Shown: positions 8,452 through 13,497 of the stretch, piece by piece
How positions within the stretch are numbered: position 1 is the stretch's first letter
How the letters are laid out: every line of letters begins with the position of its first letter
DNA from: Octopus sinensis
Taxonomy: Eukaryota
Direction: 5' to 3'
DNA: 13,497 bases
Assembly: GCF_006345805.1 (NCBI RefSeq)
Contig: NW_021826137.1
Span: 1 to 13,497, forward strand
The notes under the pieces: generated by a model
What the model saw: only the letters and a program-made list of their open reading frames with translations
Database searches by the model: none
What the model was told of the DNA's origin: nothing
Translations under genes and position numbers: made by a program

Positions 8452-8745
8452 CTTTATATATAAAAGTAAGGTTGTGTGTCTGTCTACTCCGATTTAGATT
8501 CCTAACTACTCCCACATTTTGCGGTGCAGTTTAACCAAAACCGGGCATCTTATAGTCGTGATTCATATCGAGCCCTTCTGGGTATTAGCGCGCGTCTACG
8601 ATGAGTCTACGATTTTAAAAATAATTTACCATCATTTTTTTCCATTTTTAATGCATTATTTTGCTATTTTTTGGCTATAACTCTCTAAAAATGCTTTATA
8701 GTTATTTCCCTTACAAACCCGAGCAACGCCGGGTGATACTGCTAG
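8451..8745 (+). mobile_element. Non-autonomous Helitron, 295 bp
   Basis: Inserted between A8450 and T8746. It starts TC (TCTTTATATATAAAAG) and ends CTAG (8742-8745). A GC-rich hairpin ACCCG(A)GC-AAC-GCCGGGT at 8717-8734 lies 7 nt before CTAG. There are no TIRs and no TSD, as expected for Helitrons. Confidence 0.88.
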
Positions 8746-9126
8746 TAATTAATACAACGATATGAAAGAAAAGACAATGGAATTAAACGCAACGATATGA
8801 ATGAAACGACAAAGTAAGAGTACTGGCTTCAGAGCTGAATGCCAGAAACATAATTTCGGTAATAAACTCGCGCGCAGTCGCAGTAGTGAGAGGTGTCCGA
8901 ATTTCGAGAAAAAAAGAATATGTTGAATTGCATAAAATCTAGAGCTCACAGAGAAAAACTAACCCCAGATTGGAATCCAGCACGCTCAAACGAGTTAAGA
9001 ACAAGTGCTGGTATTAATGCAACAAAAAGTTTGTTTCCCTGTGTTATAACCGATAATTATCGGTTATTTTACTGATTCTCTTGGTAATTTTTTGATATTT
9101 TTCACTACGATAGGCCATATTAATAT

Positions 9127-9220
9127 TGATTTAAGATCGTGACACAAGTCTGGCAACTTCGGAAATGGGGGTAAGTCGATTACATCGCCTTCAGTGATCG
9201 ACTAGTACTTATTTTATCGA
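9127..9220 (-). mobile_element. SINE family B, 3' fragment
   Basis: GGGGGTAAGTCGATTACATCGCCTTCAGTGATCGACTAGTACTTATTTTATCGA, repeated in the adjacent copy. Confidence 0.7.
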
Positions 9221-9231
9221 TTTCTTCTGAA

Positions 9232-9432
9232 GGCACAAGTCCTGAAATTTGTGGGGAGGGGACTAGTTGATGACATCGACCCCAGTGTTTCACTGGTACT
9301 TATTTTATCGACCCCGAATGGATGAATGGTAAAGTCGGCTTTGGCATAATTTGAACTCAGAACGTAAAGATGGACGAAATGCCGCTAAGCATTTTGCCCG
9401 GCGCGACAACGATTCTGCCAGCTCGTCGCTTT
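9232..9432 (-). mobile_element. SINE family B, near full length
   Basis: Minus-strand head AAAGCGACGAGCTGGCAGAATCG (A box) ... GAGTTCAAATT (B box) and the shared central domain. Confidence 0.88.
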
Positions 9433-9510
9433 ACACGCCCTATTACTATTCATTTTCTTTTTGTTAATTCTTGCCAAAAATTAAATCTTGTTCTCTATCT
9501 GTGTAGATAT

Positions 9511-9833
9511 GGAGGCGCAATGGCCCAGCGGTTAGGGCAGCGGACTCGCGGTCGGAGGATCGCGGTTTCGATTCCCAAACCGGGCGTTGTGTGTGTTTAA
9601 TGAGCGAAAACACCTAAAAGCTCCACGAGGCTCCGGCAGGGGGTGGTGGCGATTCATGTTGTACTCTTTCGCCCCAACTTTCTCTCACTCTTTCTTCCTG
9701 TTTCTTGAGTAACGCTGCGAATGGACTGGCGTCCCGTCCAGTTGGGGGGAACACATACGCCACAGAAACCGGGAAACCGGGCCCATGAGCCTGGCTAGGC
9801 TTGAAAAGGGCACATAAATATAATAAATAAATA
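9511..9833 (+). mobile_element. Full-length tRNA(Arg)-like SINE, family C, with 14-bp target-site duplication
   Basis: The head GGAGGCGCAATGGCCCAGCGGTTAGGGCAGCGGACTCGCGGTCGGAGGATCGCGGTTTCGATTCCC has A and B boxes, and the element ends in an A-rich tail. ATCTGTGTAGATAT (9497-9510) and ATCAGTGTAGATAT (9834-9847) differ by 1 base. Confidence 0.9.
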
Positions 9834-9929
9834 ATCAGTGTAGATATATACCTGTAGTATTCCAAATGATAGCAGATATTATTTTCCTTTATTTCCTAGT
9901 TAATTATCTAATTATTTATTCCCTAGTTA

Positions 9930-10790
9930 ATTATTTACCAATCTGGACTTTTTTTATGAACCCGTCTCAATTTACCATAGTTGCTACAAAGACTATTCAT
10001 GCATTGATGTGTTTTTTTTAGCATAACCATTCCCGGCAAAATAATTTACATATTGAGAACTGATCTTTTCCTTGCATAGCTTACACGAGTCTAACATCAT
10101 GCATATCTTTCCTTCGCAGTTCCTTCCAGAATATTCCTTTTACGATTTGTTCTTGTTAATAATAGAGCCAGTTTTCCTGCAATCTAAGTTACAGTTTAAT
10201 CATCCGTGGGCATTTTTTAAAATCAAAACTATTTAAAGACATCACTTTGTATAGTTTTATCTTTATGCTTGTTTCAGCTTCAGTCTCTCGAAGCCCTTTT
10301 GCAGTTTGGTTTGAATCGATACCACAAGATATTTTCCCATCTATTATTCACCCTTATCTCATTCATACTAACCTCTCCATTATCAATTTTCACCTTTACA
10401 CGTTTAATAGAAAAATATATTCTTTACTGATATCTTTCTTCTATGGAGTTCTTAGACATTTACACCTTTTCATTATCATACACCATGACACTCAAAGCAT
10501 TGTGTTCTTATACATAGCTTTCGAACGTTTGTTTCTTTGGCTTTCTTCTTCTGTATGAGCAATCTTTCATCACACGCTTGTCTGTTAGTAGGAAACTTTC
10601 TCCAAGGATTTTCTTAATGATTAATATCCAACATTTCTAAATATGCTTTGACTACGTGAAATACTTTCCTCTGATGTCCAACTACGGGGACCATGCTGTA
10701 GTTTGTGGCATTCGCTAGCTTCCGTTTGAACAGTTTTCATTGGGGATTCGATTACACGTAGATCTTTGTAACTTTTTATTTGTATAGTAT
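9930..10790 (-). pseudogene. Ancient, heavily decayed R4/Dong-like LINE ORF fragment (RT C-terminus to zinc knuckle)
   Basis: Minus-strand translation across frameshifts shows these motifs in the expected order: YKDLRVIE (YKYLG-like, 10747-10770), ANATNYSMVPVV, LEMLDI..IKKIL, DERLLIQKKK, QEQIVKGIFWK, DSCKLCKEK, LCSNYG. Each motif alone is weak; the order is the evidence. Confidence 0.5.
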
Positions 10791-10916
10791 ATCTTTTACT
10801 TTGCTCACATCTAAGATGTGTTAAACCACATCATTTTGCTGATTAAACGATTCTATCCTTCCCGAAAGAGATCGTAATTAGACGAGCGGCCGACTGTAAT
10901 TATTTTCCTCCCCGAG

Positions 10917-11288
10917 GCTTGTTTCTCAATCACATGGTTCCGGGTTCATTCCCTCTGCATGGCACCTTGGGCCAACAAAGCTTTGTGAGTGAATTCGGCA
11001 GACGGAAACCGAAGGAAATCCGTCGTATATACATATATGTATGTATAGATATATATGTATATATCTATATGTGTGTATCTCTGTGTTTGTGTTTGTCCCC
11101 CACCGCCGTTTGACAACTGGTAGTGGTGTGTTTACGTCCCCGTAACATAGCGATTCGGCAAAAGGGATCAATAGAATAAGCACTTGACTTTAAAAAATAA
11201 TGTCCTTGGGTCGATTTGTTCAACTAAAAGCCCTTCAAGTGAGTACCCCAGCATGGTCGCATAACTAATACAAGTAAAAAACTAAAAG

Positions 11289-11289
<1 letters not shown>
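10917..11289 (+). mobile_element. tRNA-derived SINE, family A, copy 5 (older, internally deleted)
   Basis: CACATGGTTCCGGGTTCATTCCCTCTGCATGGCACCTTGGG head, internal microsatellite and GTGTTTACGTCCCCGTAAC body; more diverged than copies 1-4. Confidence 0.85.
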
Positions 11290-11319
<30 letters not shown>

Positions 11320-11600
11320 TATATATAAATATATATATAAATATATACGTAGATATATATACATGTACATGCATACACACACATACATACATACATGCAT
11401 GCATGCATGCATGCATACATGCATACATACATACATACATACATACATACATACATACATACATACGTACGTACGTACGTACATACGCACATGCATACAT
11501 ACATACATACATACATACATACATACATACATACATACATACATACATACATACGCACATACATACATACATACATACATACATACATACATACATACAT
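11288..11600. repeat. Long (TA)n/(TACA)n/(TGCA)n/(TACG)n compound microsatellite
   Basis: Read directly from the sequence; source of the MYVC/HTYI ORFs. Confidence 0.95.
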
Positions 11601-11812
11601 TGCTGAGACCCCCTTCGGTCATGAATGACCATGGGATTGCACCTAGAAAGTCACCCTCCCAGGCACAAGTCCAGGCAAGGTTGTTTATGGAAGACCAGCA
11701 GTCACCCATACATAGCAGCCTCCCCTCTCCACGCCACCAGTGTTATCCAAGGGAAAGGCAAAGGCCGATACAGCTTGGCACTTATGACGTCGCAACTGGA
11801 GCAACGTGAAAT
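11601..11812 (-). mobile_element. 3' portion of another SINE family (D), 5'-truncated; the adjacent (TATG)n may be its tail
   Basis: GC-richer island between microsatellites. GAGACCCCCTTCGGTCATGAATGACCATGGGATTGCACCTAGAAAG...ACTGGAGCAACGTGAAAT is recalled as an abundant octopus SINE body. There is no second copy in the window to confirm it. Confidence 0.55.
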
Positions 11813-12170
11813 GATATATATATATATATATATATATCTTTAATTAAATATATTCAATGAGAATATTATATACTGAATTTATATTGAGTGCTCTATTGTA
11901 TCAAAGTATTAAACTATTAAAGTACTTATATATTCAATACGACCGATTATATATATATATATTATATATATATATATATATCTATATATATATCTTTTAA
12001 TAATATACTATTATTATATCAGGAAATCAATATTAGAAAATTCTTTAGAAAGATATAACGTGTGTAAAATAATTGTTGTATTAAAAATATAAATATGTAT
12101 AAAAATATATGTAAATATGTATAAGTATAAATATATAATGTATATGACAGTTTATAAGTTTTGAATTAAG
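11813..12170. repeat. AT-rich low-complexity region with (TA)n runs
   Basis: Read directly from the sequence. Confidence 0.8.
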
Positions 12171-12179
12171 TATTTAAAG

Positions 12180-12271
12180 CATCTTACGATCGTTTCACGG
12201 AGGTGCTGTCTCTATAATGAAATCCTATATTGATAAGCGTTTATAGACAACTCTTCTGCTCTTCAGAGATA
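12180..12271 (-). ncRNA. Type I hammerhead ribozyme motif (Penelope-like/retrozyme type), probably partly decayed
   Basis: Minus strand reads UAUCU-CUGAAGA-[19 nt arm, 23 nt loop, 21 nt arm]-GAAA-CG-AU-CG-UA-AGAUG. All core nucleotides are present, with a GUA cleavage triplet. Stem I is AUCU/AGAU plus a U-G pair, and stem III is the palindrome ACGAUCGU. Confidence 0.72.
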
Positions 12272-12375
12272 TAAAATTTGAATTTTGTATAACATATCGA
12301 ATGGTAGTTTATACATATGCGTGCGTGTGTGTGTGTGTGTATGTTTGTATATATATATATATACATACATACATA

Positions 12376-13497
12376 CAGAGGTTGGACAAAATGATGGAAA
12401 CACCTTAAAATTTCAAATAAATTAATTTTAATATAGGGTAGGACCGCCCTTGGCAGTAATTACAGGCTGAATTCTACGAGATATGGATTCGTACAAAGTT
12501 TGAATTGTTTCCAAAGGAATTTTTGTCCATTCTTCAGCTAAAATAGTCTCCAGTTCTTGTAGTGATGATGGTGGAGGATATCGACTCCTTGCTTGTTTTT
12601 CTAAAATGTACCATAAATCTTCAATAATATTGAGATCTGGGAACTGTGGTGGCCAGAATGTTCCTTGAGCCATTCAGGAACAACTTTAGCTGTGTGAATT
12701 GGTCCACTATCATCCTGAAAGGTTGCGTTTCCCTCCGGAAACAGTTCCGCAACCGTAGGATAAATTTGATGAGATACAATGCCTAAATAGACTTGACTAT
12801 TAATTCTACCATGAAAGGAAACCATTGAGCCGGCGGATTTCTAAGATATAGCCCTCCCCCTACACCAGATCATCACAGATACTCCTCCATGTTTAACAGT
12901 TGGAAGAAGGCAGTTTGGGTCAAATGCTTCTTTTGGCTATCTTCACACGTATACTCGGCTGGTGATCGGAAATACGGTAAAGGATGACTCGTCCCAGAAA
13001 ATAACATTCCTTCACTCCTCTAGGGACCACTTCTGTAGCTTTTACTCCACGCTAAACGCTTTGCAACGTTTGCTTTTGAAAGTAGGGGTTTTCTGATTGC
13101 AGCACTCTCGTGAAATCCGGCTTTGTGCAGCTCCCGGCGAACAGTTTTTGTGGAAACTGGGTTCTCGAGGTGGTCATTAAGCACTGCGGTAATTTTGGGA
13201 GCTGTACTTTTGTGATCCTTTCTAACAATTCGCATAAGAGTCCGACGGTTCATGTCTCAAAGTTTTAGTTTTCTTCCGAAGTTTTGTTTCGACGAAGAGG
13301 TTTTCCCTCTTTCTCAAAGGCTGTCATTACTTTCGAAACAGTACCTCTTGATACACCAAATATTTCGGCTGCTTTCGTTACACTAGCGCCTACCATACGA
13401 GTACCAACAACAATGAAAGTCCGATAGATCTGTCATTTTAATGAATTTTAATTACCTTTTTTCTGATGATATCTAAAAAGAAACAGCAATTTTAGCA
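12376..13497 (-). mobile_element. Tc1-like DNA transposon (3' TIR present, 5' end beyond the window)
   Basis: TA (12374-12375) followed by CAGAGGTTGGACAAAATGATGGAAACACC, a Tc1-type terminus, inserted at the end of a (TACA)n tract. A transposase pseudogene lies inside. Confidence 0.92.
12428..13436 (-). pseudogene. Tc1 DDE transposase pseudogene (multiple frameshifts and stops)
   Basis: Stitched translation: MTDLSDF..VGTRMVGASVTKAAEIFGVSRGTVSKVM (HTH); VSTKTVRRELHKAGF; VIFWDESSF (D1); LPTVKHGGVSVMIW; FQDDSGPIHTAKVV (D2); WPPQFPDLNIIEDLW (E); ..YESISRRIQPVITAKGGPTLY*. Confidence 0.93.

Noticed and set aside
9511-9586. tRNA gene candidate
   Set aside because: A and B boxes are present, but there is no proper acceptor stem. 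The sequence continues into a SINE body with tail and TSD, so it is a SINE head.
10247-10558. 103-aa hydrophobic plus-strand ORF
   Set aside because: It is the antisense of the A-rich fossil LINE region and has no canonical ATG start.
1767-11183. Recurrent short ORFs such as MSGFGRRKLKE.., ..SGTEPGTMWFVSK and MLRGRKQ..
   Set aside because: They are reading frames through SINE family A copies, repeated because the SINE is repeated; not genes.
11224-11843. Six overlapping MYVC/HTYI ORFs up to 161 aa
   Set aside because: They are translations of the (TACA)n tract plus the SINE D fragment.
13463-13483. CTGATGA...GAAA on plus
   Set aside because: The intervening 10 nt cannot form stem II; it lies in the Tc1 5' untranslated region.

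Overview
AT-rich, microsatellite-dense eukaryotic DNA that is intronic or intergenic and built almost entirely from transposon relics. The repeat families look like those of octopus (coleoid cephalopod) genomes; this is inferred from recalled SINE sequences, not from a search. No intact protein-coding gene is supported, and most ORFs in the track are microsatellite or antisense-repeat artefacts. Contents: four tRNA-type SINE families (A x5, B x5-6, C x1 with target-site duplication, D x1 fragment); a 526-bp foldback MITE with about 200-bp arms in (TA)n; a 566-bp internally deleted mariner with both TIRs and TA TSDs; a 295-bp non-autonomous Helitron with canonical ends; a recent and an ancient R4/Dong-like restriction-like-endonuclease LINE fragment; and a decayed Tc1 transposon running off the right end. 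The most notable unexplained signal is a type I hammerhead ribozyme motif on the minus strand at 12180-12271. It has an intact catalytic core, a palindromic minimal stem III and a long decaying stem II, as in Penelope-like or retrozyme elements. A second, degenerate hammerhead-like core lies at 1585-1620.
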